A stretch of DNA of 64,000 nucleotides from an uncultured Candidatus Rokubacteria bacterium (GTDB taxonomy: Bacteria > Methylomirabilota > Methylomirabilia > Rokubacteriales > DASRDR01), in the NCBI GenBank assembly GCA_963708025.1, contig CAVPSB010000032.1, forward strand, positions 1 to 64,000. The letters are read 5' to 3'. Made by a program: the position numbers and the translations under genes. The notes under the pieces are model-generated. The model was not told the origin of the DNA. It made no database searches and saw only the letters and a program-made list of their open reading frames with translations. Shown piece by piece: positions 1 through 11,166 of this stretch. Numbering within the stretch: the first letter of the stretch is position 1; each line of letters begins with the position of its first letter.

Positions 1-3
1 ACG

Positions 4-1509
4 CTACCTCGCCCAGGCCACCTCCGAGAGGTCGAACGAGGGCGTCGGCAGGTCCTTCCAGATGCCCTGGACACCCTTCTTGGCGGCCACGATCCGCGGA
101 TAGACGTACAGCCAGACGACCGGCGCCTCCTCCACCATCATCTTCTGCAGGTCCTGGTAGAGGGCGCGCCGCTTGGCATCGTCCAGCGTCGTCTCGGACT
201 GCTTGTAGAGCTCCTGGAACCGCGGGCTGTCGTAGCGGTAGTAGTATTTGGGGTTGGCGTAGTTCCCCGCGTCCCAGGCCTCGGCGTGGCCGATGATCGT
301 CATGTCGTAGTCTGCGTTCTTGTAGACGCGCTCCAGCCACTGGCCCCACTCGATCTGCTCGAGCGTCACCCGGATCCCCGCCTTGGCGAGCTGGCCGACC
401 AGGACCTCCCCGGTCCGGACCGTGTACGGGTACTGGGGCGGCACTCTCAGGACCGCGTCGAAGCCGTTCGGGTAGCCGGCCTCGGCCAGGAGCTGCCGGG
501 CCCGGTCCGGGTTGTAGGGCACCGCCTTGGCCATGTCCACGAAGTAGGGATTCAACGGGTCGACGTTGGTGCCGAGCACGCGCCCGAAGCCGAACATCGC
601 CCCCTGGAGGATCTCGTCCTTGTTGACGGCGTGGGTGATGGCCCGTCGCACCCGGACGTCGGAGTACGGCTTCTTCGAGTTGTTCAGGGCCAGGATGACG
701 TCGCTGGTGGTCTCGCCGAGGACGACCTGCAGGGCGGGCGACCGGCGGACGACCTCGACCGACTCGGGGCCCAGGCCGAAGCCGAGCACGTCGATGTCGC
801 CGGCCTGGAGGGCGGCCAGCGCGGCGTTGGGATCCGGGATGAAGCGGAACGTGACCTGCTCGAGCCGGGGGAGCCCCTTGACGTGGTAGTCGGCGTTCTT
901 CTTGAGCACGATCCGGTCGCCGCGGTCCCAGCGGGCGAGCGTGAAGGGCCCGGTCCCGATCGGGTTCGACTTCTGCTGCTCGACCGTCTCGCGCGGATAG
1001 ATCACCGAGCCCTGCCGGGCCATGTTGTAGAGGAACATGGCGTTCGGCTGCTTGAGCGCGATGGTGACCGTCTGCGGGTCCTTGACGTCGATCGTCGCGA
1101 TGTCCTCGTATTGCCGCGCGTGCGGATGCTTGGTCTCGGGATTCCGGGCGCGATCGAGGACGAACTTGACGTCCTCCGCCGTGAAGGGCCGGCCGTTGTG
1201 GAACCGGACCCCCTTCTTGAGGACGAACGTGTAGGTCAGATTGTCCGGGGCCGTCTGCCAGCGCTCGGCCAGCCAGGGCACCAGCTTCCCCTGCTGGTCG
1301 ACCTTTAGCAGCGCTTCCTGGATGTTGTAGAAGACGACAGCGGCGGTCGCCGACGCCGGAGTCGCGGTCAGATCCAGTCCCGGCGGCTCGGAGGTCAGCT
1401 GGACCGCGAGGGCGCCGCCGCCGGGGGCGGGCTGACCCTGACCGGTCACCGGGAGGAGGGCGAGCAGCACGGCAGGGAGCACGAGCGCCACCGGACGGAC
1501 TCGGATCAT
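4..1509 (-). CDS. ABC transporter substrate-binding protein, family 5 (peptide/nickel, DppA/OppA-like)
   Basis: Signal peptide; [29 protein letters not shown] and [10 protein letters not shown] family motifs. Confidence 0.93.
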   Translation of the reverse strand: MIRVRPVALVLPAVLLALLPVTGQGQPAPGGGALAVQLTSEPPGLDLTATPASATAAVVFYNIQEALLKVDQQGKLVPWLAERWQTAPDNLTYTFVLKKGVRFHNGRPFTAEDVKFVLDRARNPETKHPHARQYEDIATIDVKDPQTVTIALKQPNAMFLYNMARQGSVIYPRETVEQQKSNPIGTGPFTLARWDRGDRIVLKKNADYHVKGLPRLEQVTFRFIPDPNAALAALQAGDIDVLGFGLGPESVEVVRRSPALQVVLGETTSDVILALNNSKKPYSDVRVRRAITHAVNKDEILQGAMFGFGRVLGTNVDPLNPYFVDMAKAVPYNPDRARQLLAEAGYPNGFDAVLRVPPQYPYTVRTGEVLVGQLAKAGIRVTLEQIEWGQWLERVYKNADYDMTIIGHAEAWDAGNYANPKYYYRYDSPRFQELYKQSETTLDDAKRRALYQDLQKMMVEEAPVVWLYVYPRIVAAKKGVQGIWKDLPTPSFDLSEVAWAR

Positions 1510-1616
1510 GGAGGCCTCCGCTTGACGGGTCGAGTGGATCTCGGGCTCACTATACCGAAGCGGGAAGGACGCGACAAGGCGGCCGGCCGGCCCGGCCGGC
1601 GCGAGAGGAGGCCCCC

Positions 1617-4094
<2,478 letters not shown>

Positions 4095-4191
4095 TGACGA
4101 CGGGCTTCATCCGGCCCCGTGCTAGACTGGCCCCGAACCCGTGCGGGAGCGCCGGGATGGCACCGCGCCGCTCCAGAAAGGGAGGTTGCCG

Positions 4192-4452
4192 ATGCGAAGC
4201 CGAGCCGCCGTCATCGTCGTGATCGTGGTGGCCCTGGTCGCCGCCACGGTCTGGTCGATCGCCGCCCCGAAGCAGTATCAGTTCACTGGCAGCGTGGTGG
4301 AGATGGACGCCAAGGCCAAGACGATCAGCGTGGACAAGGGCGGAGACGTCTGGGAGTTCTCCACCGCCGGGCTGAAGGACCTGAAGCTGAAGAAGGGCGA
4401 CAAGGTCACGGTCTACTACGAGATGACCGCGAAGAAGATCGAGGGCAAGTAG
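4192..4452 (+). CDS. Small secreted beta-barrel/OB-fold-like protein
   Basis: RBS GGAGG, signal peptide, FTGSVVEMD...LKKGDKVTVYY pattern. Confidence 0.7.
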   Translation: MRSRAAVIVVIVVALVAATVWSIAAPKQYQFTGSVVEMDAKAKTISVDKGGDVWEFSTAGLKDLKLKKGDKVTVYYEMTAKKIEGK

Positions 4453-4478
4453 CGGCCGGACCGCCCCCCGCCCGGGGG

Positions 4479-5267
4479 TCAGCGTCCCCGGGCCCGCCAC
4501 TCCACGGCGCCGACCTCCGCGAGCTGGCCGAGGAGCCGCGCGGCATCCGCGTCGGCCACGCCCGCCAGCGCTGCCGCCTCCGCCGTGGAGCGCACGCCGT
4601 CGAGGGCACCCAGCAGCCGCTCGACGGCCTCCGGACAGCGCACGGTCGTGACCCGGCCGCCCGGCGCCAGCGCGATCAGGAGCCGCGTCGGCGCGCGGAC
4701 CGGCTCGGGAAGCGACGTCTCGCCGCGACGGACCGCGGCGACGAGACCGGTGACGTCCCAGTCGAGCGCGCAGATCCGCGCGTGCGCCGAGCGCGCGGGC
4801 ATCACGCCGGTGCCGTCGCCCGTCGCGCGCCAGCGCCGGGGGCCGGCTTCGGCGCGGAAGAGCGCGCCCTCGTAGGCCACCAGGTCCCGCCCGTAGGTCA
4901 CCCCGCCGAGCGCCGCGGCGAGGGCCGTCTCGACGAGCGCCGCCACGCGCTCCGCGGTCTCCGCGGACCCCACCTCGGCGGCGTCGAGGAGCGCGTCGAA
5001 GGCCGGGGCGTCGATCACGCCCAGAGGATCCAGGCCCTGGCGGCGCGCCAGGACCCGGCTCGCGGCGAAGAGCCGCACGATCCGCTCCCGGTAGAAGTGG
5101 CGCCCCATGAACCGCGCCAGGCGCGCGAGCCGCTGACCGTCCGCCGCCCGGAGCACCGCCGCCTCTTCGGCGCCGAGAGGCGCGCCGCTCCCCTCGGGGA
5201 GCCGCCGCCGGAGGTCGGCGCTGGTGAGCACGCGGAGGAGCGCGTCGTGGACGGCGCGGCCCGTCAC
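4479..5267 (-). CDS. Putative MNIO partner protein (DUF2063/RRE-like)
   Basis: GTG start overlaps the MNIO TGA (GTGA); DLVAYEGA and LDWDVTGL...PTRLLI segments; C-terminal wHTH-like LDGVRSTAEAA...LLGQLAEVGAV. Confidence 0.65.
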   Translation of the reverse strand: MTGRAVHDALLRVLTSADLRRRLPEGSGAPLGAEEAAVLRAADGQRLARLARFMGRHFYRERIVRLFAASRVLARRQGLDPLGVIDAPAFDALLDAAEVGSAETAERVAALVETALAAALGGVTYGRDLVAYEGALFRAEAGPRRWRATGDGTGVMPARSAHARICALDWDVTGLVAAVRRGETSLPEPVRAPTRLLIALAPGGRVTTVRCPEAVERLLGALDGVRSTAEAAALAGVADADAARLLGQLAEVGAVEWRARGR

Positions 5268-6064
5268 GCCGGCAGTCCGAAGGCGTCCCGGATCGCGCCC
5301 ACTCCCGCCCGCAACGTCCCGGCGGTGAGGGCGGTCGAGAAGGCGTCGAACGTCACCGCGCGCAGGCCGGACGCCCGCCCCGCCGCGTACACCGCGAGGT
5401 CCAGAATCTCCCGGTCGGGGACGGCGGCGCCGATCCAGGGGCCGCCGAGGTCCCGGTCCGGCTCCACGCCCGCGACGTGGAGCTCCACGACCCGCTCGAG
5501 CGGGAGCGCGGCGACGAACTCGCGGGGCGGCACCCCGGCGTAGTACGCCGACAGCCAGGCGTGGGAGACGTCCAGCAGCATCCCGCAGCCGCTCCCGGCG
5601 TAGAAGCGGTGGACGAACTCGATCTCGCCGAGCTGCGGCAGCGGGAGGGCGAGATAGGTCGGGATGGGCTCGAGCACCAGCGGCAGCCCGAGGGCCTCGC
5701 GGAGGGCCCGGGCGTTGGCGACGTAGTCGGCCAGCAGGTCCTCGGTGTAGAGCGGGGGGAAGACGTAGTCGACGAACGCGGCGCCGTCGGTCGTGTGGAC
5801 GCGCTGGAGGTGCTCGGCGGCCCACGGCGAGCCGTAGAGCCCGACGAGCGACCGGGCCCGCTCGAGGGCGGCGCCCTCGAGCGGCTCGCTCAGCTGACCC
5901 AGGAAGTCGTGGAGCAGCAGGACGAAGCGCGCGCGGATCGCCGCGAAGTGCGGATCGTCGGGGCGTGGGGGATCGGCCATCGCGAGGTGCTGGATCAGCC
6001 CCTGCGCGTCCAGGGTCGCCGCCGCCAGGTGGGGATTGTAGAAGGCGCCGACCGAGATGGCCAT
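5264..6064 (-). CDS. DUF692 / multinuclear non-heme iron oxidase (MNIO), divergent
   Basis: AEHL, LVLEP, GCGMLLDVSH, LPLERVVELHVAG and VPD motifs typical of DUF692 TIM barrels. Confidence 0.85.
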   Translation of the reverse strand: MAISVGAFYNPHLAAATLDAQGLIQHLAMADPPRPDDPHFAAIRARFVLLLHDFLGQLSEPLEGAALERARSLVGLYGSPWAAEHLQRVHTTDGAAFVDYVFPPLYTEDLLADYVANARALREALGLPLVLEPIPTYLALPLPQLGEIEFVHRFYAGSGCGMLLDVSHAWLSAYYAGVPPREFVAALPLERVVELHVAGVEPDRDLGGPWIGAAVPDREILDLAVYAAGRASGLRAVTFDAFSTALTAGTLRAGVGAIRDAFGLPA

Positions 6065-6079
6065 CGGCTTACATGATAC

Positions 6080-6109
6080 GGCCCCGGGCGACGCGTGCCA
6101 CCCGGGGCC
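6080..6109. other. GC-rich stem-loop between precursor peptide and MNIO gene
   Basis: GGCCCCGGG-N12-CCCGGGGCC. Confidence 0.6.
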
Positions 6110-6112
6110 GCC

Positions 6113-6137
6113 GGAGCTCCTCAGCCGAGGAGCGTCC
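6113..6137 (-). promoter_or_regulatory. Candidate bacterial SECIS hairpin
   Basis: Minus strand GGAC-GCTCCTC-GGCT-GAGGAGC-TCC; loop begins 19 nt after the TGA at 6148-6146. Confidence 0.6.
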
Positions 6138-6191
6138 TAGTTGTGTCAGGTGGGGACGATCTCGAGTGTGTCGAACGATTTCCAGCTGCAT
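6137..6191 (-). CDS. Putative Sec-containing RiPP precursor MQLEI(V/F)DTLEIVPT-U-HN (needs 1-nt correction at ~6174-6176)
   Basis: Purine-rich RBS AGGAAAGGGGG; aligns without gaps to the 6385-6438 peptide with TGA opposite TGT(Cys); TAG at 6139-6137. Confidence 0.65.
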
Positions 6192-6384
6192 TGTCCCGCC
6201 CCCTTTCCTGAATGAAATGCGTTCCGAGCTCATCATCACCGAGCCATCGGTTTGGGCGCAACACATAATCGATGCGAATCGTCTTGGCCGATATCGCAGG
6301 CCGGCGAATCCGTTGACCCGGCGGCGGCGTCAAATTTACCGGGCGATTTTGCCCTCCCCTCCCACTCTCACCAAGGAGGTCCTG

Positions 6385-6438
6385 ATGGCCCTCGAAGTGC
6401 TCGACACGGTTGAAGTTCTCCCGACCTGTCACGCCTAA
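6385..6438 (+). CDS. Putative RiPP precursor peptide MALEVLDTVEVLPTCHA (17 aa)
   Basis: Strong RBS AAGGAGG at 6373-6379, ATG 6385, TAA 6436-6438; paralog on the opposite strand; next to MNIO. Confidence 0.75.
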   Translation: MALEVLDTVEVLPTCHA

Positions 6439-6457
6439 GCGACCCTGAACTGAGAGG

Positions 6458-6497
6458 GGACGACCCCGGGTGGGCGCGGCCTGCCCGGGGTCGTCCT
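6458..6497 (+). terminator. Long stem-loop after the Cys precursor
   Basis: GGACGACCCCGGGTGGG-cgcgg-CCTGCCCGGGGTCGTCC; weak U-tail. Confidence 0.5.
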
Positions 6498-6614
6498 GTC
6501 TGGGGAGTTTGATCGGGACCTCCCACCCACCCCCCAACCCCCTCCCCCACCGTCCGACGGCCTTCGGCCTTTGGCCGGGGGAGGAGAGCCTGAGGACCCG
6601 GCTTTCACGCGCTG

Positions 6615-8006
6615 TCAGTCGGAGCCCAGGAAGGCGCAGGCCAGCGCGCCGCCCCGGGCGACGTTGACAACCGGGGCCCGGCTGACCCGGCAGTGGAGAC
6701 CGAGGTCGCCCGGCGCGTAGAACAGGCCGAGGGAGAAGTGGCACGGCCCGGCGAAGAGCCGGCCGTCCCGGAGGTACGCCATGGGGCGCGGCGTCGCGGG
6801 GCGACGCTCCTGGACAACCCAGCCGCTCGGCTCCCGGAGCGCCCGCGCGATCCGCGCCTCCCACCGGGCCGCCGGGGTCTCACGGCCGAGCAGGATCCCC
6901 TCCCCGCTCGAGCCGACGTTGGGCTTGATGAGAAGCCCGGCGGCGTGGCGGCGGACGTACTCCGGCAGATCGACGCGCCGCCCGTCCGGCGCCTCCGTCA
7001 GCCGCGCGCCGAGGACTCGCGTCCATGGGACGACGGCGGCCAGCAGCCGGCGCTCGGCCGGGGAGAAGAGGCGCCGCCACGGGGGCCGAGTCAGGCACTC
7101 GAGGAGCCCCTTGTGGCCGAACTCGCCCGCCCCGTCGGGCAGCACGGCGCCCCGCGCCCGGAGGGTCCGGAGTCCCGCGAGACGGCGCCCCCGGGTCGGC
7201 GCCGGCCCCAGATCCTCGTAGGCGAGATCGCGGTACGCGAGGTCGACACGGACGTCTTTCAGGTAGACCTCGCCCCGGACCACGCGCAGCTCCTGCGGGC
7301 GCCCGTAGGCGACCCGGATCCCGCTGGCGGCGAAGGCGCGGAGGATCCGGGGCAGCTCGCTGTAGCCCGCCACCGGCGCTGGATCCTCGAGGAACGCGAC
7401 GCCCAGCGACCCGCGCCGACCGATCCGGCGGGCCGCCGCGAGCACCCAGCGGCGGGTCAGGTCCAGGAGGTCCGGCGGATCGGCGAGTCGTCGGCGCTCG
7501 GCGGGGCCGAGCAGCGACGGGAAGACCTCCGTCTTCAGGATGGCCACGCCGGCCGTGTGGTTGTAGAGCCCGGCGAGCGCGGTGGCGTTGGTCTCGAACA
7601 GGATCGGCCGCAGACCGCCGGGTCCGGCCGCCAGCCCCACGTCGGGCCGGATCATCAAGGCCCAGGACGCCGGGCGCGCGCCATCCGGCGAGAGCCAGCC
7701 CGCGGTGGTCTCCGAGAGCGGACAGAGGGCGCGGAAGCCGTCGAGGTCCGCGTGGTAGAGGGCGGGTGCGAGGGCCTGGAGGCGGTGGACGCAGTCGGCC
7801 AGCCGGCCGAGGGTCGGCAGGAGGCGGCGCGCCACCACGAAGGGCGTGAGCGCGATCGGGTGCGGCATCGGCCGCCCGCCGACCCGGTGGCGGTGGAAGA
7901 AGTCCACCGCCGCCTCGGCGCGCTCCACCCGGTCCAGGAGAGCGCGCCGCTCGCGCGGTGGCATGTCCAGGAGTCGTGCCGTGAGCGCGGCCTCGAGGGT
8001 CGGCAT
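6615..8006 (-). CDS. Circularly permuted ATP-grasp / glutathionylspermidine synthase-like ligase
   Basis: RPD...FETNA, VPWTRVL, LLIKPNVGSSGEGILLG, WVVQE, VVNVARGG. Confidence 0.8.
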   Translation of the reverse strand: MPTLEAALTARLLDMPPRERRALLDRVERAEAAVDFFHRHRVGGRPMPHPIALTPFVVARRLLPTLGRLADCVHRLQALAPALYHADLDGFRALCPLSETTAGWLSPDGARPASWALMIRPDVGLAAGPGGLRPILFETNATALAGLYNHTAGVAILKTEVFPSLLGPAERRRLADPPDLLDLTRRWVLAAARRIGRRGSLGVAFLEDPAPVAGYSELPRILRAFAASGIRVAYGRPQELRVVRGEVYLKDVRVDLAYRDLAYEDLGPAPTRGRRLAGLRTLRARGAVLPDGAGEFGHKGLLECLTRPPWRRLFSPAERRLLAAVVPWTRVLGARLTEAPDGRRVDLPEYVRRHAAGLLIKPNVGSSGEGILLGRETPAARWEARIARALREPSGWVVQERRPATPRPMAYLRDGRLFAGPCHFSLGLFYAPGDLGLHCRVSRAPVVNVARGGALACAFLGSD

Positions 8007-8080
8007 GGCGATCGGCGGAGAGGGTACCACGGCACGCCTGCCCGGTTGAACGCCGGTGCGCCTCCGGCTACCATCCGAGC

Positions 8081-8605
8081 ATGGCCCGGACGCAAAGCCC
8101 GCGGTCGCTGGCGCGATGGCGCCAGCGGTTCGTGGAGCGGATCGGCCGCTCGCGCGCGGCCACCCTCGCCCTCGTGGCCCGGATGCCGCAGGAGCTCGCC
8201 ACGCGGCCGCGGAGCCAGGGCGCCTGGTCCGTCAAGGACCTCCTGGCCCACATCGCCGCCTGGGAGGAAGAGGGCATCCGGCGTCTCCGGCTCATCGCCC
8301 AGGGCCACCCCGAGCGCGTGGTCTGGTACGACACGATGGCCGAAGTCAACCGGTACAACGCGCGCGCCGTGCGCGCCGCCCGGACGGCGTCGTTGCCGCG
8401 GCTCCTGACCCGGCTCGCGCGCGCCCGCGCCGGGCTCGTTCGAGCTCTCCGGCGCCTGCCGCCGCCGGCGCTCGCGGATCCGACCCACGCCCTGCCGGTC
8501 ACCGTCTGGCTCGAGGAGTTCGCCTTCACCCACGAGCGCGGCCACCGGCAGGAAGTCCGCGCCTGGCGGGCCGGCGAGCGCCAGCGCCGTTTGCACCGCA
8601 GATAG
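8081..8605 (+). CDS. DinB-family protein
   Basis: WSVKDLLAHIAAWE and HERGH motifs. Confidence 0.85.
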   Translation: MARTQSPRSLARWRQRFVERIGRSRAATLALVARMPQELATRPRSQGAWSVKDLLAHIAAWEEEGIRRLRLIAQGHPERVVWYDTMAEVNRYNARAVRAARTASLPRLLTRLARARAGLVRALRRLPPPALADPTHALPVTVWLEEFAFTHERGHRQEVRAWRAGERQRRLHRR

Positions 8606-8609
8606 AGCC

Positions 8610-9350
8610 ATGGGCGTCGATCCCTTCTTCAACGACCGCACCACCATCGACGTCTTCGAGCACGCCTTCTACGCCGGCGCCGAGGCGGCCGAAGAGGTGG
8701 CCGAGGTCCTGAGCTGGCGCCCGGTGCCGCGGCGCCTCCTCGACATCGGCTGCAACGGCGGCCTGCACGCCCTGGAGTGGGCTCGCCTCGGCGCCGAGGT
8801 GGTGGGTGTCAACGTCGCGCCCGTGGCCATCGACCTCGCGCGACGGCGCGCCGAGGGGCGGCCAGGCCCCCCGGTGCGCTTCGAGGTCGCCGACCTGCTG
8901 GAGGGCCGGTTCGACCGCTGGGGCCGATTCGATCTCGTCACCGCGCTCGGCGGTGTGTTCAACTGCATCGGGCGCGCCGACCTGGTGCCGGCGTTCCGGG
9001 CCGTCCGCGCCGCGCTGGCTCCCGACGGGGAGTTCGTCTTCGACGTGCTCAAGTGGTTCGACGGTGGGCGGAAGGTCTTCCTCCGGCGGGACGGCGCCGG
9101 CGCGCTGAAGATCGTCTGGCAATTCGACCTGGATCCCGTCCGGGGCCGGGGCCACGTCGTCGGCCACTTCCTCGAGACCGGCGCCGTCCAGGACTCCGAG
9201 CGCGCGTTCTACACGGCGCCCGAGGTGGGGACCTTGCTCGGCATCGCGGGGCTCGAGACGGTCGCCGTGGCCGGGAACCTCGCGTTCTCCGAGGACGCCG
9301 CGACCGCCGAGCCCAGTCTCTTCTTCCGCACCCGGATGCGCGACACCTGA
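8610..9350 (+). CDS. Class I SAM-dependent methyltransferase
   Basis: LLDIGCNGG, FDLV, LAPDGEFVFD. Confidence 0.88.
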   Translation: MGVDPFFNDRTTIDVFEHAFYAGAEAAEEVAEVLSWRPVPRRLLDIGCNGGLHALEWARLGAEVVGVNVAPVAIDLARRRAEGRPGPPVRFEVADLLEGRFDRWGRFDLVTALGGVFNCIGRADLVPAFRAVRAALAPDGEFVFDVLKWFDGGRKVFLRRDGAGALKIVWQFDLDPVRGRGHVVGHFLETGAVQDSERAFYTAPEVGTLLGIAGLETVAVAGNLAFSEDAATAEPSLFFRTRMRDT

Positions 9351-9384
9351 CCCGTCGGTCTCCGGGCTCTCCGGGAGGCGTGCC

Positions 9385-10014
9385 ATGAGAATCCAGCCGT
9401 TCACCACCAAGGAGTTCCAGATCTTCGACATCCCGGGCTTCGCCGAGCGCATGGCCGCGATCCGCGCCGAGATCCGGCCGAAGCTGGAAGCGCTGGGCGG
9501 CGCCCTCGCCCCGCCCCTGGCCCGCATCGCGAAGGTGGAGGTCTTCCCCCACGTCGCGAGGCACGCCCGGCGCACCGTGAACCCGCCCGACGACACCTGG
9601 GTCGCGTTCGGGCCCGATCGGCGCGGCTACAAGAAAGCCCAGCACTTCAAGGTCGCCGTCTCCCGCCACTCTCTCCGGTTCCTCTTCGAGGTCGGCCCCG
9701 AGTTCGCGGCGAAGCCGGCCTTCGTGAGGTCCTGGAAGCAGCAGGCGCCGCGGCTGGCACGGACGCTCGCCGCGGCCCGGGGGCTCGGCTGGTTCAAGAA
9801 CGAGCACGACGAGGAGCCGTCTGCGACGCTGGCCGATCTCGATCCAGCGGCCTGGAAGGCGCTGGGCGACGAGCTGGGCCGGACGCGGGACGGCCAGCTC
9901 GTGCTCGGCCGGCGCGTGGACGCCCGGGAGGCGGCGAAGTGGCGAGGCCCGGAGTACGAGAAGGCGGCGCTGGACGCCTTTGCCGCGCTCGGCGTCTGCT
10001 TCCCCCTCGCCTGA
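9385..10014 (+). CDS. DUF1054 (YktB-like) protein
   Basis: IRPKL, PHVARHARRTVNPPDDTWVAF, RGYK..HF. Confidence 0.85.
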   Translation: MRIQPFTTKEFQIFDIPGFAERMAAIRAEIRPKLEALGGALAPPLARIAKVEVFPHVARHARRTVNPPDDTWVAFGPDRRGYKKAQHFKVAVSRHSLRFLFEVGPEFAAKPAFVRSWKQQAPRLARTLAAARGLGWFKNEHDEEPSATLADLDPAAWKALGDELGRTRDGQLVLGRRVDAREAAKWRGPEYEKAALDAFAALGVCFPLA

Positions 10015-10019
10015 GAGCC

Positions 10020-10225
10020 CGTGAAGGAGGTCGCTCCGGCACCCCCCTCCCCCCCGGTGCCGGCCGGAAAGACGGGACGTCGCCCACAGGCCGAAGGCCG
10101 TCCGATCGGCCGTAGGCCCGAGCCGTCCCCCCCAGGCCGAAGGCCGTCCGATCGATCCGGTCAAATGGGAGGGGGGCCAAAGGCCGAAGGCCGTCGAAGG
10201 ATCGAGTGGGCGGGAGGTCCCGAAC
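10020..10225 (+). repeat. Repeat family A, copy 1 (GGCCGAAGGCC palindrome-rich)
   Basis: Near-identical to 10900-11070. Confidence 0.85.
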
Positions 10226-10229
10226 AAAC

Positions 10230-10817
10230 GTGAGCCTGGAGGACGCGCTCGCGCGGCTCGGCGCCAGGACGGCCCCGGAGCGGCGCGCGGCACTCGAGGC
10301 GATCGGGCGACTCGGGGACGCCCGGGTGACCGCACCGGTCGCCGCGTGCCTCCACGATGCCGACGCGACGGTGGCCGCCGCCGCCGAGGCGACGCTGTGG
10401 CAGATCTGGAGTCGCGCCGGCGACCCGCGGGTGAACGCGCTGTTCGCCGAGGGCGTCCGGGCCATGGAGAAGCAGGACTGGCTGGGGGCGGTCAGCCTGT
10501 TCAGCCAGGTCATCGAGGCGGCGCCGCGCTTCGCCGAGGGCTGGAACAAGCGGGCGACCGCCCGGTACCTCGCCGAGCACTACGCCTCCGCCATCGCGGA
10601 CTGCGAGGAGGTCGTCCGCCTGAACCCGGAGCATTTCGGCGCGCTGGCCGGGCAAGGTCTCTGCCACCTCGCCCTCGGCCAGTCCACCGAGGCGGCGGGC
10701 TGCTTCCGCCGGGCCCTGGCCATCCACCCGCGTCTCGAGGGCGTCCGCGAGAATCTTCGTCGTGTCCTCCAGCACTTGCTGCGCGGAAACGGCCACGGCG
10801 GAGCGCCGCTCTCCTGA
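10230..10817 (+). CDS. HEAT + TPR repeat protein
   Basis: RAALEAIGRLGD HEAT repeat; FAEGWNKRA and LNPEHFGALAGQG TPRs. Confidence 0.85.
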   Translation: MSLEDALARLGARTAPERRAALEAIGRLGDARVTAPVAACLHDADATVAAAAEATLWQIWSRAGDPRVNALFAEGVRAMEKQDWLGAVSLFSQVIEAAPRFAEGWNKRATARYLAEHYASAIADCEEVVRLNPEHFGALAGQGLCHLALGQSTEAAGCFRRALAIHPRLEGVRENLRRVLQHLLRGNGHGGAPLS

Positions 10818-10899
10818 TCCGCGGCGAATCGCCGCCGACGGCCGCTCGACAGGGTATCCCTTCGACCGACCGGCCCCGATCCGGGGTGGTCGGAGAGCG

Positions 10900-11070
10900 T
10901 GTGAAGGAATGGGGTGCTCCGGCCCCCCCTCCCCCCGGTGCCGGCCGGAGGGACGGGACGTCGCCCACAGGCCGAAGGCCGTCCGATCGGCCGTAGGCCC
11001 GAGCCGTCCCCCCAGGCCGAAGGCCGTCCGATCGATCCGGTCAAACAGGGGGGGGCGGGGAGGTCCCGAA
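10900..11070 (+). repeat. Repeat family A, copy 2
   Basis: Direct repeat of 10020-10225. Confidence 0.85.
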
Positions 11071-11166
11071 CTGGAGATCAGCCAGCGGGGCGTGCCCGGC
11101 AAGGTCGCGCGCGGACTACTTTCTCCGCCCGGCGTCTCGGGCTATAGTGGGTCGGACGACGGCGCC

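Noticed and set aside
6069-6266. 65-aa ORF (MCCAQ...MQLEIVRHTRD...) as the MNIO precursor
   Set aside because: Similarity to the 6385 peptide continues only in the shifted frame. The Arg-rich tail runs through two hairpins and has no Cys core.
10020-11070. Repeat family A as a CRISPR array
   Set aside because: No regular repeat-spacer periodicity with unique spacers, and no cas genes.
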